A DNA stretch of 64,000 bases from the human T2T-CHM13v2.0 reference genome, Homo sapiens (GCF_009914755.1 NC_060932.1), one strand, 5' to 3'; positions 15,092 to 28,743 are shown, numbered from the stretch's first letter. Numbers and translations are program-made. The notes: generated by a model not told the origin, from the letters alone.

Positions 15092-15799
15092 GGGCCCCAC
15101 CCTCACGACCTCACCTAAATCTAATCGTCTCCTCAAGGCCCCGCCTCCTAAGACCATCACATTGGGGCATAAGGCTTCAACATATGGATTTTGAGAGGAC
15201 GCAAAGATTCATTCCGTAATACCTTGAAGCTCTTTTCAGCCTTATATCATCACTTGCTGGAAGGAGCCAGGCAGCAGGGATGATGGTTCTGGGGAGCCTT
15301 ATGATTTCCTCTATGCACTCTCTCCTTTACAAAGAACCCTAAGCAGAATCATTAAAATTAATCCCCATCTTAAGTGTACCTCTTAATTGTACCAGAACAC
15401 ACTTTAAAATGGGCGAGTCTTCTCCCTGGAATGTACGTTTTGGATTAGGATCAGTTTTAGACATGTCATTTCTTTAGCTAAAGTGAAGGGAAAACAAATT
15501 TTTATTTAATCTTCCATAAGATCTTTCCTCAGTGTCTTTTACTTCTTCTCCTGCCATCAGATTCTTACCTTGATTGAAAAGCCATGTTAAGTGCAAGGCA
15601 AATTCTTTACGTCTTTATACAGAGATTAACAATCTCTGGGTGATGGGAGCGTTAAGTGATTTAGCTTTGTCACTAGTAGATGTGTGAGGTTAGAAAAGTT
15701 GCTGTCCTTTTTGGGTCTCAGTCCCTCAGCTCTGCAATTACAGGCAGTCTTCATTATTTGGTACAAATTCTATGTAAAATTGATAACACATATCCAGAT

Positions 15800-16095
15800 T
15801 AAAAAGGATGGTTAGTGGCAAAAAAAAAAGAGAGAGAGAATGAATAAGACCTAGTACTTGATAGCACAACAGGGTGAATATAGTCCATAATAATTTGATT
15901 GTACATTTGATAATAACTAAAAGCATAATTGGATTGTTCGTAACACAAAATATTAATGCTTGAGGGGATGGATACCCCATCTTCCATGACGTGATTATTA
16001 CTGATTGCATGCCTATGTCAAAATATCTCATCTGTGTCATAAGCACAAACTAGGTACCCGCAAGAATAAAAAAAAAAAAGATAAAAAAATAAAAA
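15800..16095 (+). mobile_element. L1MA-type 3' end
   Basis: gaatgaataagacctagta..tgaggggatggataccccat..A-tail. Confidence 0.85.
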
Positions 16096-16209
16096 TAGTA
16101 GTAATAAAGCAAAGGAGACTGTATTTTGAAGAGTTGTAAAATAAGTTCCTATTTTGAATATAAAAATATATTTAAATTAAAACTCTTAGAATGAACAAAG
16201 AATAGCATA

Positions 16210-16570
16210 CATATTCATTATTTTTTGGGACGGTGTGATTTTTCTGGCAAAAGTATATGCTGGCATTATACAGTAGCCTCCAGTTCTTGTTTGAGTTTCA
16301 TACTCCAGTGATGATCATTTTTTGAAAAATATTTGAGAACTTCATCCATTTGCCCAAGGGCCTCTCTTGATTCCAGGATATCAGCCCATTCTTCTTTGAA
16401 GTAACTTATGTCACCATCCTTGCAATTTTCTCTTCTTCCATTGACTATTTTATTTCTAGCAGCCCTTCATTCATCAACAGCTTTGCATGTGATTGAACAG
16501 TGCTTCGACATCAATGCGATTGGCTTTATGGATTCTTTTCATAAGATACTCAATTGTATTTTAAAAGTAA
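16210..16570 (-). mobile_element. Degraded Tigger/pogo-like transposase C-terminal remnant
   Basis: Frameshifted minus translation IDVEALFNH/KLLMNEGLLEIK*SMEEEK/..SREALGQMDEVLKYFSKND resembles the Tigger DVEELL..ELTNEDLLEL..YFE.D region. Confidence 0.5.
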
Positions 16571-19500
16571 TTGGCATTGTGTTGATGTTTATTGTGATTA
16601 AGGAATGACTGACCAATAAAGATGCTGACTCAAAGGGTGAAAGTAAACACCAGTGCTGAGTGAGGTGGCATGTTTGAGAGGGTACAAATTTTAAAAGGTG
16701 ACAATTCATTTAGTGAACATTTTCTTATTAAAAACATATTGGCTTCCGTACATAGCTTCATAGCTTGGATACTTGGATAGTGAGGATCTTTTTTAGTGGG
16801 TGGACTGAATAAAAGCTGCAGTGCCTTCCAGTTCTTTTATTCTAGGTTTAAGGATCTGAAGCACATTACGGCCATACTCCTTCAATTGAGTTGGTTAAGA
16901 CAAAGTGGGAGTGGTATGGATAGCAGATCTAATTTTTTTTAACCAAAAGTATTAAATATTAACTATTTAACATTTTTAAGAGATATACCTATGAGCGTTC
17001 TGCACCTGCTTGAATATAAACTCCTTGAGAAGGTTTTCCATCTTAGGAAATCGAGAGGCAAGAACATGGAAGTTCCTGATACAGAAACACTCAAGAAATG
17101 TCAGTTGACTGCTCACAAATGTGGCAGCCTGCTATAGAGATCCTTTCATTAATTAACTATGTTGTCTTTATAATCTGTTCACCTGTCAGAATCTCAACTG
17201 GACAATGAAGAAATGGGGCTGACTCATCTCCAAGACTCACGTGCAGCTCTAACATTCTATGATCCCATTCCATCATAGGTATTTCAAGAGAACCACTTTT
17301 TAATACATTTTCTAGAATTCCAGAGTAAGTCTTAATAGTTGTGATTTGGAAAGAATATAAGATTTATTCCTAGGCCAGTGAATTAGCCACATTAGAGTTG
17401 ACATTTATTAATTTGTTTATTCATTTTTTAACCTTGATTTTGAGTAATGAAAATATATTTAAACTGCATGGAATTTGATTTTCAAAACTGGAAACCACAG
17501 GTGTAAATGGGAAGATCCTGACCATGATAGATCCTTGCGCCTGGAACAAAAAGCAGCCCTCACACCATCTCACCAAAAGAAAACACTGTACAGCATATAG
17601 GTGGCAACGCTTTTCATTCACTGTGGGGATTTGTCCTGCACAAATAAAATGCACATTTGAAGAATTTCTCAGCACAAATATGCATGACTGCCTGCTTTTC
17701 TCAGCCTGTCATTTGTTCTGGGGGAATGATGAGGACTTGATTGGCTGGGGCGTTTTAGTATCTGCTCAAGTGTTCAGGGCCAATGTTGAGTTTGTTTTGG
17801 CCAAGACCCTGCATTCGTGTCAGGCCATAGCTAAGCAAGGGTGTGATAGGATTAAAGCTTCACAAAGCCCCCACCTCCCCATAACCCAACTGGTTTGAAG
17901 GTTTAGTTGCATCACAGTTCATAGCCTGAGAAGCTTTGTCTGCCACCTGGTCAGTGAGTATTGCTAGAATCAGGAACATTTCCTCAATGCTTATCATTCA
18001 GCCAGCAGGTCATTGGAATAGAGGGTTTTGTTTTCTGGACACTGTCTCATACTTTGGATATAGGACCTGTAGGCAAACATTCTACAGGCTCTGTTTTCTT
18101 CTTTGTAAGTCCTCCATTTGGCACTGGATTACACGTGGTCTCACTTTGTTTCCTAACAACTTCAAACGTGTGGTCTTGTCTACCCCCACCAGGATTTAAA
18201 AAGCCTCCAGAGTAGTGGCTGTGTTTTCTACCCAAGTACTGTACCCAGTTAACACGTCTAAATTATAGACAAATGGTCTCATTGGGGCAGTGAAAATGTC
18301 AGTACTGTTTTCTTATTTTTTTAATTTTCCAAGATTAAAAATGTATTTTATTATTGTATTAATACCAAGACAAACTAAGTATCTGCAATGCCTTTGTTGT
18401 TCTGTTGTATTCTATCATTTTGCCCCCACTCCCAGCTCACATAGCCCCATGTTAGCTGTAATAAGAGGTATGCAACAGTCTTGGCCTTTTCCAGAATTTT
18501 ATGGAAGAGTTAATCACAAATTAATACTCTTTTTTTTTTCCATCTTAAAACGTTTTGTTGTTGGAAAGCACCCAATGAAAACATTCTTTTGGAAGTGTTT
18601 GAATCCTTGAATCCCCGATTTACATTTCTTAAGATATTTTTAAGCACCTAATTGCCTGTGGGAAACTGCAAAAAATAATTGCAAAGACACCTTCTACCGA
18701 GACACTAAAAATATGTAATCTAAGGCAACCATGGGGATGTGAACATAGAAGGAGAAAAGGGAAAATAAATGTAAATGTTAAACCAATTCTGTAAACTGTT
18801 GATGTCAAATATGAGTCAGAATTCAGAAAAATTTTGAGAGAGGGGAGCAACAGCATTTTGAGAAGAGAATAGGGATGAGGGTTGTGGGAGTTTGCAATCT
18901 ACCCTTCATGAGATCAAAGAGAAGCCATCAGACCTTTTCAGGATAATCAGGAATATCTTTGGGAATTTGTGGGATTTTAGAGATTATTTTAATTATGTAG
19001 AGAGAAGATTAGTAAATTTTTCAGAGAAAAAGGATGGCATCCATGTATATAATACAACTTTGAAGAAGACACAGGGATCCCTACATCAGTAATAATTCAG
19101 GTACTCCTTGAGCTGCACGACGCTTTGAGATCATGTATTTGACTGATACTAGTTAAGCATCAGCTGTGTGCTGGGCACATTAGTTGAGCACTATGCATGG
19201 GATCTAGGAACTTTGGTCTTTAACCTAGACTATGCTCATGTGAGGGTGGTGTCTTAGTCTCATGATACAGATGACGATGATTGTATGAAAGTTACAGAGA
19301 AGTACATGACCTGGTCTCAAGGAGCTTCTGTATAATCAATAACAGAACATTTACACATATGAAATAGCTGCTAGATAAAAGATACTATAGCAAGCATCAT
19401 CAGCTCTTCAGAACTGTCAAAAGTTGAGTCATTCTGGAGAGTTGAGTTTTCTGGACATCTGAGAGATTGTCTCTTAAAACATAAGATCGTAGCATTAATA

Positions 19501-21408
19501 AAATTTGCAGTTGTACTTAGCTCCAATAACAGTAGTTCACTGAGGACCTACTGAAGTATGTACATAAGATAATTTATTTTCTACACTAGAATTATTTGTA
19601 TTTTATTATACCTGTATTTTATGATTTTTCTATCTCCTCCTTGTAATTGGTTTGTGAATGTACCTTTTAATTTGCTGATAATTATCTACCATGGGCTTAA
19701 GAACAAACTAATCTTGTTAGGTTTGGATATAAAATTCCCAACAAATTAACTCTAAGTAAGTCCAAGGGTTTCTCCTTTTAGGCAAATGCTCATCCTTGTA
19801 GGTAGGCTATTCAGAATCCTTTCTTCCTTCTTGTTTTAAAGCTGATTTTTGGATCCTAGATTGTATTCTAGAGAATTAAGAAATCAAGAGACCTGGTTGC
19901 TAGATGGATGCAGTATTATTGTACTAAACTGAATATTACTCATCCCTAAAATATTACAGACACAGTTTTTGAAGTTATGTATGAAAAGCAGATGGACAAT
20001 TTTGAGCAGCAATATGAGAGAAGGGCAGCAGGTGTGGAGGAGTGTTTCCTCTGGAAAGTAAGGAATCAGATTTTATTGCAAGCATTTTAGGGATTGTTGA
20101 TCTTCATCTATGAAGAATGACATTGAAGCCAAGAGAGGTTAAGCTGGTGGTTCACTTCTTCAATCTCACTCAGAACCAATTCTAGAGACCTGGTCTTTTT
20201 ACTCCTAAGTCCTGTACTTGATGTATTTATCATCACTGATAAATGAATAGATGTTTCTGAATTGAACCAAGGAAAGTGTGTCAGGAGAGCCAGACTTAAA
20301 CATTTATTTACATGAGAAAAGAAGGAAAGGAAGGAGAGAAATGCCACCATCACAACCAAAGCCTCCTATGTTCCCCCTATCTACTGAGGAAGCCAAAGGC
20401 CCTCATGTTCTGATCTTCTCTTGTAGACCTCCGCATTGAGAAAATCAATTACTCGCTCCCATTTCTGGCAGTGGCAGCCTAGAGCATTTGACCAGCCATC
20501 CAGAGCTGATTTTGCACTAAGGTATGACCAGGCTAACAAAGGAAGGGAAAAGGGGATCTATAGAAAGAAGACGGTTGTTGGAAACTACTTTTGCCATGAG
20601 GGCGTTTGGGCCAAAAATTTTAAAAAATCAACATTAAAGGTATAATTTACATCCAATGGAAATCACCCATTTTAAGTGTTCAGTTTTGATAAATTTTGAC
20701 AAATGTCACAAAACTACTTTTACTCTCAAGAACTGTAATATTTCCATTAACCCCCTTTCTTGTCCTCCTTTGTAGCCAGTCCTCCTTTTCTTGTCCTCCT
20801 TTGCAGCCAGTCTTCTTCCTCCATCCCAGGCCCAGACAGTCATTGATCTGCTTCTTGCCACTGAAGTGTTGCCTTTTCTAGAATTTCACATAAGTGGAAC
20901 CATACAATATGGAATCTTTGGTTTCTTTTATTAATGTGTTAATAAGGTGAATGATATAAATTGATTTTCAAAGGCAAAAATAACATTGCCTTCCTAGGAT
21001 AAACCACACTTGGTCATAATGGATTGTTATCCTTAAATTGATGGATTTGATTTGCGAATTTTTTAAAGAATTTTTATCTATGTTGAGGAAGGATATTGGT
21101 CTGCAGTGTCCTTTTCTTGTAATATGTCTTTGGTTTTGATAGCAGAGTAATGCTGGACCCATAGCATTTGAATTAGGAAGTATTTCCTCCTCTTCTGTTT
21201 TCTGGAAGAGTTTATGTAGACTTGGGTTTATTTCCTCCTTAAGTATTTTTGTGGAATTCATTAAAATATCTTGAATCTTTTTTTTTTTCTTTTTGGAATG
21301 GTTTCTGATAATGAATTACATTTATTTAATAGATGTAAGGCTATTCATGTTATGAAGAATACTGTAGCGTTAAAAGCTAGATTTTGTTGTATTACTTTCA
21401 CAAGTGTT

Positions 21409-21688
21409 GGTCCTGAGCCTGTAATCTCAGCACTTTGGGAGGCCCAGGTGGGCGGATCACTTGAGGTCAGGAGTTCAAGACCAGCCTGGCCAACATGGCG
21501 AAACCCTGTGTCTACTAAAAATACAAAAATTAGCCAAGTGTGGTGGTGCACGCTTGTGATCTCAGCTACTCAGGAGGCTCAGACATGAGAATTTCTTGAA
21601 CCAAGGAGGAGGAGGTTGCAGTGAGCCAAGATCACACCACTGACTCCAGCCTGGGTGACAGAGCAAGACTTTGTCTTAAAAAAAAAAA
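21409..21688 (+). mobile_element. AluS (5' end altered)
   Basis: Alu dimer, TSD aagtgttgg. Confidence 0.92.
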
Positions 21689-21849
21689 GTGTTGGGCCTT
21701 CATTGAAGTTATGTTGCTTATAGATGAGTTTGACCCTTTTGAGGCTTGCTCTTGGGCTTTTGTAGGGTGTGGGTTCAGCGTAGCTTTTGTTCTAGGATTA
21801 GTTTATCCTTACTACTAAAGCATGATTCTTCTAAAGACTACCCAGTGCC

Positions 21850-22036
21850 TAGTGGTGTGCTAGTAAATGTTTAACAACTGGTTCTCAGAAAAAATAAAAA
21901 CCTATTTGTAACATTTGCTGACTTCCTATCATGGCGAGTCTCCATCTACCAATGTGACATCAAATAGCTCTCAAAATTCCTGAAAACTTAGCAATTAGCT
22001 GTCTCAAACAGGGACAAACCTGCCCCAGTACTTCAT
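21850..22036. mobile_element. MER63-like hAT DNA transposon
   Basis: agtggtgtgctagtaaatgtttaacaactgg terminal sequence and degenerate opposite end ccagtacttcattg. Confidence 0.65.
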
Positions 22037-22280
22037 TGCCAATGCCTACATAGCATGAGGTCTCTCCACCCTGTCTGGTCAAAACATGAAATGTTCCTAG
22101 CTTTTCATAAACTCTGGAAATTGTTTCATCTGTTGTTGCTTTCCGGTGGTTCCTTCTGCAGCCTCATGGAGTTTTACTCCACACGTGTGCAACTAAGGGA
22201 GCAGCCATAGGCTCAAGTAGAAACCTCTGAATACCCCCAGGGCACTATTCTAACATCTGACATCTTCACCATTCTGACAC

Positions 22281-22424
22281 CTGGAAACGGTTGTCCAATA
22301 TCTAAAAACGGTTGTTCAATACCTGAAAGCAGTTATCCAATATCTAAAAACAGTTGTCCAATATCGGAAAACGGTTGTCCAGCATCTGAAAACGGTTGTC
22401 CATTATCTGAAACAATTGTTTCAT
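22281..22424. repeat. 21-bp minisatellite, ~6.5 copies, consensus CTGAAAACGGTTGTCCAATAT
   Basis: Units start at 22281, 22302, 22323, 22344, 22365, 22386 and 22407. Confidence 0.95.
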
Positions 22425-22515
22425 GTGTTTGGTCCAGTGTTCTGATTATTTTTGGTAGAAAGCCAATTCCTATAGCAGTTAATCTTCAATTTGGACAGAT
22501 TTTAACTTTGGTATT

Positions 22516-22852
<337 letters not shown>

Positions 22853-24169
22853 AAACTTTGGTATTGACGACCTCACTTCGTTAGGTTACCAAACACAGGT
22901 TAACAAGGAAAGCAAGACTGTCCAGTGTCTTCTACCTTCTCTCCTTCTATCTTTGTCAGGGACAATGATCTTCCTACATAAACTTTAAGAGGAATTAAAA
23001 TTAAAGAAGCGTAGGAAATATAAGATAACTTCTCTCAATGACTGCAAGTCTTCTAGCCTAAAAGATGACATCGTGTGCCACGTAGAAAAACTTGTGGTTG
23101 AGAGTGTCCAGCTCTTGTTGCTGATGATATTTGAAGGACCATAAACAATGACAGTGGTATCAGAAGTTTAGAGATAGACAGCTGTGGTTCTAAATTTTGA
23201 AACAATGAAGAAAATATGTTGATCCCATTATAGACCAATGAACTTGACATTGATTTTAGAAAGGTTCGAAAGTATTAGGCTCTGAATAAATTATTAGAGG
23301 AATCATTCCTGAGAACCTAAAAAAGGAATTATCCATACTAGGCATCAGCTCATGACCAAAGACATAAGTCATATTGGGCAGAATACATGTGTAATGTCTG
23401 TCACATGGTGGAAACTCAGAAGATACTGATAAATGAGTGAATAAATGAATAACCCAATTCCTTTCTTTTGATGGACTACAAAATTCATAGTTCAGGAAAG
23501 TGCAGCAGAGAGTGTACCTGGCTTTTGGCAAAACACTGGATAATTCAGTAAACAATTGACCTATCTGAAGAAGCTGTTATGGTCTATCGGACCATAACAG
23601 AATGGTCCAATGGAAGACCTGCAGTGGACCAACCATTCTGCCAGTTTCAGGAGATGCAAACAGGACTAGCACGTGGCCCATACAATTTAGATTTAGACTT
23701 AGATCTAGAAACTGATAATATCAATATGATGTGTGGGTGATATGGTAGAAGAATGCAGATGCTGCACTGAGAACTCAGACAACAGGCAAAGAGACACCTG
23801 GGTCAGCTTGAGGGGTTACAGGAACGCTTTTTAGAGGAGGTGACCCCTAAACTGAGACTTGAATGGTGATGACCATGTCTGTAGTATTCATTCTGCTATT
23901 TACTTCTTCCTGTGTGGGTTTCAATTTTGGTGCTTTACATTTTTAAGTTCTATATCATGCTGGGTAGGTTTTTCCTTCACGTCTGCTCCAACCGCTTTAT
24001 CTTGTGGAAATTCCTCCCCGATTTGGTTATTCAAGTACCAATCAGCATGCAGTTTTCATTTTCATACTTTTCTGAATCTCCTTGGATATGTTAACAGGAA
24101 ATTGAGAGAGACAGAATCAGAGGCTGCATCTAATTGCTAAGTGATTGTTACTATTATATTAAGACTATA

Positions 24170-24463
24170 GGCCAGGTATAGCATCTCACACCTGTAATCT
24201 CAGAACGTTGGGAGGCTGAGATGGGGGAGTCACTTGACCTCAGAAATTCAAGACCAACCTGGGTAGCATAGTAAGACTTGTCTCTACAAAAAAAAAGAAA
24301 ATCATCAGGTATGGTGGCACACACCTGTAGTCCTAGCTACTTGAAAGGCTGAGGAAGGAGTATCACTTGAGCCCAGGAGTTTGAGGTTGCGGTGAGTTAT
24401 GATGGTGCCACTGGACCCCAGCCTGGGCAACAGAGCAAGAGCCTGTCTCTGAAAAACAAAAAA
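24170..24463 (+). mobile_element. AluJ
   Basis: Diverged dimer with cttgagcccaggagtttgagg J-type right arm. Confidence 0.9.
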
Positions 24464-24784
24464 GAAGGACTACAATGTTTTACAGGACTGGATTCTCTGG
24501 ATATTCTTTCATGGTTTGGATACTGTGTCAACATGAGAATCATTAAAAACAAGCAAGAGAATCTTAAAAAAAAAGAAGGAAAAATGATCCCCAGCATTGT
24601 CACCACCAATGACCCCGTCTATTTTTTCCATTGCAAAAATCAGGCTTTAAGAGATATCTTATAAATAAATAATATTTAATGATTAATAAGAATTAATTTG
24701 AGACATATGCCATTGCAAAGCAGAGTTTCTGGTTAGCATAAAATGTCTGGTTGGAATTCATAAAATTTAGCTAAAAGCAAAAAG

Positions 24785-25030
24785 TCTTAATAAGCATTTC
24801 TTGAGAACTGACTATCTGTCAGGCACTACCCTAAGTGACTTCCCTGCATCAAATCAGGTGAGCCTCAGAAGCAACCTATGCTGTAGGTACTATTATCACC
24901 CCTATTTTACCGATGAGGAAACTGAGGTTCAGGGAAGCTGAGTAAACTGGACAAGGTTTCACAGCTGGTGAATTGTGATGCTGAATGAAATTCAGACAGT
25001 CTGGCTCCAGACTCTAAACTCTTAACTTTG
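24785..25030 (-). mobile_element. MIR
   Basis: Core taggtactattatcacccctattttaccgatgaggaaactgagg. Confidence 0.85.
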
Positions 25031-26084
25031 TAATGCACAATTGACCCTTGAATTAGACCTTGTGGTGGTTTGAATGCAAATGAATAATTTCTGATAGTTT
25101 CTGAAACAATTAAAATAGCACACAGACATCAATTACTACCTGTGGGGGCACCCACGTAGAAGCCTCTGCTCTAAAACTAGAATACTGATTTGTGTCCTGA
25201 GCCCTGCATTGAACAAATGTTACATACTCCCCATCATTATTAGAGGGCCCAAAGATTGCTAAGACATTATCAGATACAACCATGATATATTAATTGGCAA
25301 TACATAGAGATGGGGCAGTGCTATCTAGCGGGCTTGTAACCCAACCAGAGTTTCATTTTTAAAAGCTGGGCCTATTAAAAGAGAAACACCTCATCCAATA
25401 GACTATTATCCTGCAAATATGTATTTAGGGACATTTGAAATTGTTCTATTTACCTAATCATCTTTAATGGCTACTTTGGATCTATGACAGCTATATGTGT
25501 AAATACGGCTCTTAGATCTTTCTCAAGGTATGATACTGGTCCAATAGACCATAACAACTTCTTCAGGGAACAGGATTTCCTTGAAGCAGAATCTATGGAG
25601 TATCAAACAGGGCTCACAGTGCTTTAGGAGTTGCTTCTGAGGTCATTTCAGAATGCTCTCCTCAGAACTCCTTGTCAAAAATTATTAGGACATGGGTACG
25701 GACCACTAAGATCTGAATATCAATAAACGTGAAAGCCAAACATTGATTTAAAAAAAAATAAGAACAGGGTCAGCATGATTCTTCATGGGCAATAAACCGA
25801 TAATAGGCAAGGAGAAGTAATTAAAAAAGAGTTTGTGCAGCCAAACCAAATATATTAAGCAACAAAGCTATGATAATACCGGTTACTATATAGTAAAGTA
25901 GAAATTGCTGATTTTAGACAGAGGGAACACACATATTATTCCAATATATTCTAGCATATTGAGAAATGATTCACTTGACTGGTGAAGTTCATCCCTCACT
26001 GTGATATCACAGGACATGCATAATTGCCTCTCCCCAGCTGTGCCTATGGGACTATGGCATAGCTTACAAGACCCTGCTCAACTT

Positions 26085-26888
<804 letters not shown>

Positions 26889-27673
26889 TCCCGTCCCTTT
26901 AATATCACTCTTCACTCTGCATTTGTGTAGTTGGCAGGTCTCTAGCCACCAACTTGCACCTGCACCACCATCCTGACCCTTACCATAGGCCACCTGATAC
27001 TATCATCTGTTCTGCACTGTGCCATCTGCTCTATGTCTTGCCTCCCTAATTGTATTGTAACTCTTTGGTAAAGAATTCTTACTCAAACTTATTTCTCACA
27101 AAGCACTTAAAACAGTGATTTGATATCAATAGCACCTTCTACTCTTAGAGCAACTTTATACTTTTAAAAATTATTTCACATACATTATCTGGCATGTTTC
27201 TTTCAACCTTCCCACGTGGTAGATTGGATTGATGGTATTATCCTAAATGTCAAAGGGAATTAAGATCCAGAGAGGCGAAGTGACATGCCAAAATGCTGAG
27301 ACAGTGGGCTTGGGCTAGTCTCAGCACCTTGTATTGAAAAACTTCTCCTTCTTATTCTCATTCTCTGTAATTTGATTTGTAATGAACCAAGAGTCCTTCT
27401 GGGAAAACAAAACAAAACAAAGCAAAATAAAACTCCTTACTCTCAAGGCAAGGCGCCTGCAATGAGTGAGAGGAGGGAGGGGATAATGGATGAATCTAAA
27501 GTCTGTCTTTTCTGTGAGTGGAACTGGAAGAAAGTTGCAAAACCACACAGCCTTCCTGTTTCCTCAATCAGGCCTTGCTTTTTTCCTCCAGCATAGCAAT
27601 GAAAAACTTTGACTTTTCTTAAATTTCTGACCCCATGACCTATTCCCGCAGTCTGAGATGGCTGTTTCTCCTC

Positions 27674-28210
27674 CTTTTTTTTTTTTTTTTTATAAAAAGT
27701 ATCCAGTGGAAACTCCTTCAATATCCTTCCACCTACCTGAAAAAAGGCTAGAATTGGGGAGGAGAGGAGAAAGGGTGAGTGTGAGCGGGGACAGAAGTTA
27801 GTGGCATCTGACTAAGGGTCAGCTGACTAGAGCTGTGTTAGCTGGAAAGACTGCGCCGCCTCTTTGTGCACAAGCATTGGAGGGTCCCTAGCCCCAGGGA
27901 GCCGCGCGGGGATAGGAGGCAGACTGCTTTGAGCAGGAAGGTGGCAGAGGAAGGAGCCCCTGTTTGAGAAGAAGCTCTCACGCTGTGAACACCTCTTTCC
28001 ACTTCTTTCTGTCTTTACTGGGACTCATGAAGGAGAACTTGGAAAATCATAATTAGCTTGGAGAAGATAAAAGAGGTCCTCCTTGGTGGGAGGGTGAGGA
28101 GAGCGATGGAAAGGGAAAATGAGATAGGGAGGGAGAGGAGGAGGAGGAAGAGGAGGAGGAAGAGCAGACAGAGAGAGAGGGAGAGACAGAGAGAGAGAGA
28201 GAAAGCTGGC
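27674..28210. promoter_or_regulatory. Candidate promoter / first-exon region
   Basis: Poly-T tract, TATAAAAA at 27691, splice-donor matches on both strands, small CpG patch 27853-27910, GA-rich tract 28120-28205, all in unique sequence. Confidence 0.4.
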
Positions 28211-28743
28211 ACACAGAATAAAAGACATAGATAGTCCTAAGGAGAAAAACTTAGCAACTTTTCTCTGACCATGATAAGCTGCTAGTTACAATGTGAGGTG
28301 ATGCTTGCTACTCCAAATGGATGTATTGTAACCAGGCTTTTATACTGTGAATTCTCTCCTCGATACTTTTGCTTCCAGACTTTCTCTCTATTCCTATAGG
28401 CTAAGTACCATCTAGCAGGGACTAGGGAGGTGGTTTCACAATTAAATTGAGAGAGGAGAAGGGGGGAGAGTAAGAGAGATCATATCAACAATCAGGGAAC
28501 AACTTAGGTTGAAAGGCACTCCAAGTTTAGACATTCAATCTGTTTGCATAAATGAGGAATGCAAAGAAAATATGGGGACAGATTCTTTGAGTGTATGACA
28601 AGCTAAGCTGGTGGTTTAGGCCCTTAGAAGAATGCAAAAACCCCACACGAAAAGCCATGCAGAAGAAGAGCAAGGTTTGCATGCAAGATATTTCTATCTG
28701 CTCTACATACCCACCCTCTCCTCATGCCTGTGTGCTCTCTGTG

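Larger units (their letters stand above)
20630..22500 (-). mobile_element. Old L1M fragments (3'UTR, ORF2 RT piece, 5' region)
   Basis: ORF 20968..21261 (LHKLFQKTEEEEILPNS..RPISFLNID) is L1 ORF2-like; flanked by L1M motifs. Confidence 0.75.
23565..25566. repeat. 30-bp inverted repeat pair (23565-23594 / 25537-25566), 28/30 identical
   Basis: ctgaagaagctgttatggtctatcggacca versus the reverse complement of tggtccaatagaccataacaacttcttcag. Confidence 0.9.

Noticed and set aside
17724-17830. C/D box snoRNA (ATGATGA at ~17726)
   Set aside because: No CTGA D box or terminal stem at a suitable distance
17421-18260. Overlapping 60-124-aa ORFs and CCAAT motifs in unique sequence
   Set aside because: No homology recognised, no exon-like splice boundaries, and lengths compatible with chance; may be an enhancer but cannot be supported from sequence alone
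22281-22424. Regularly spaced repeats suggestive of a CRISPR array
   Set aside because: Head-to-tail tandem units with no unique spacers, no cas genes, and primate DNA
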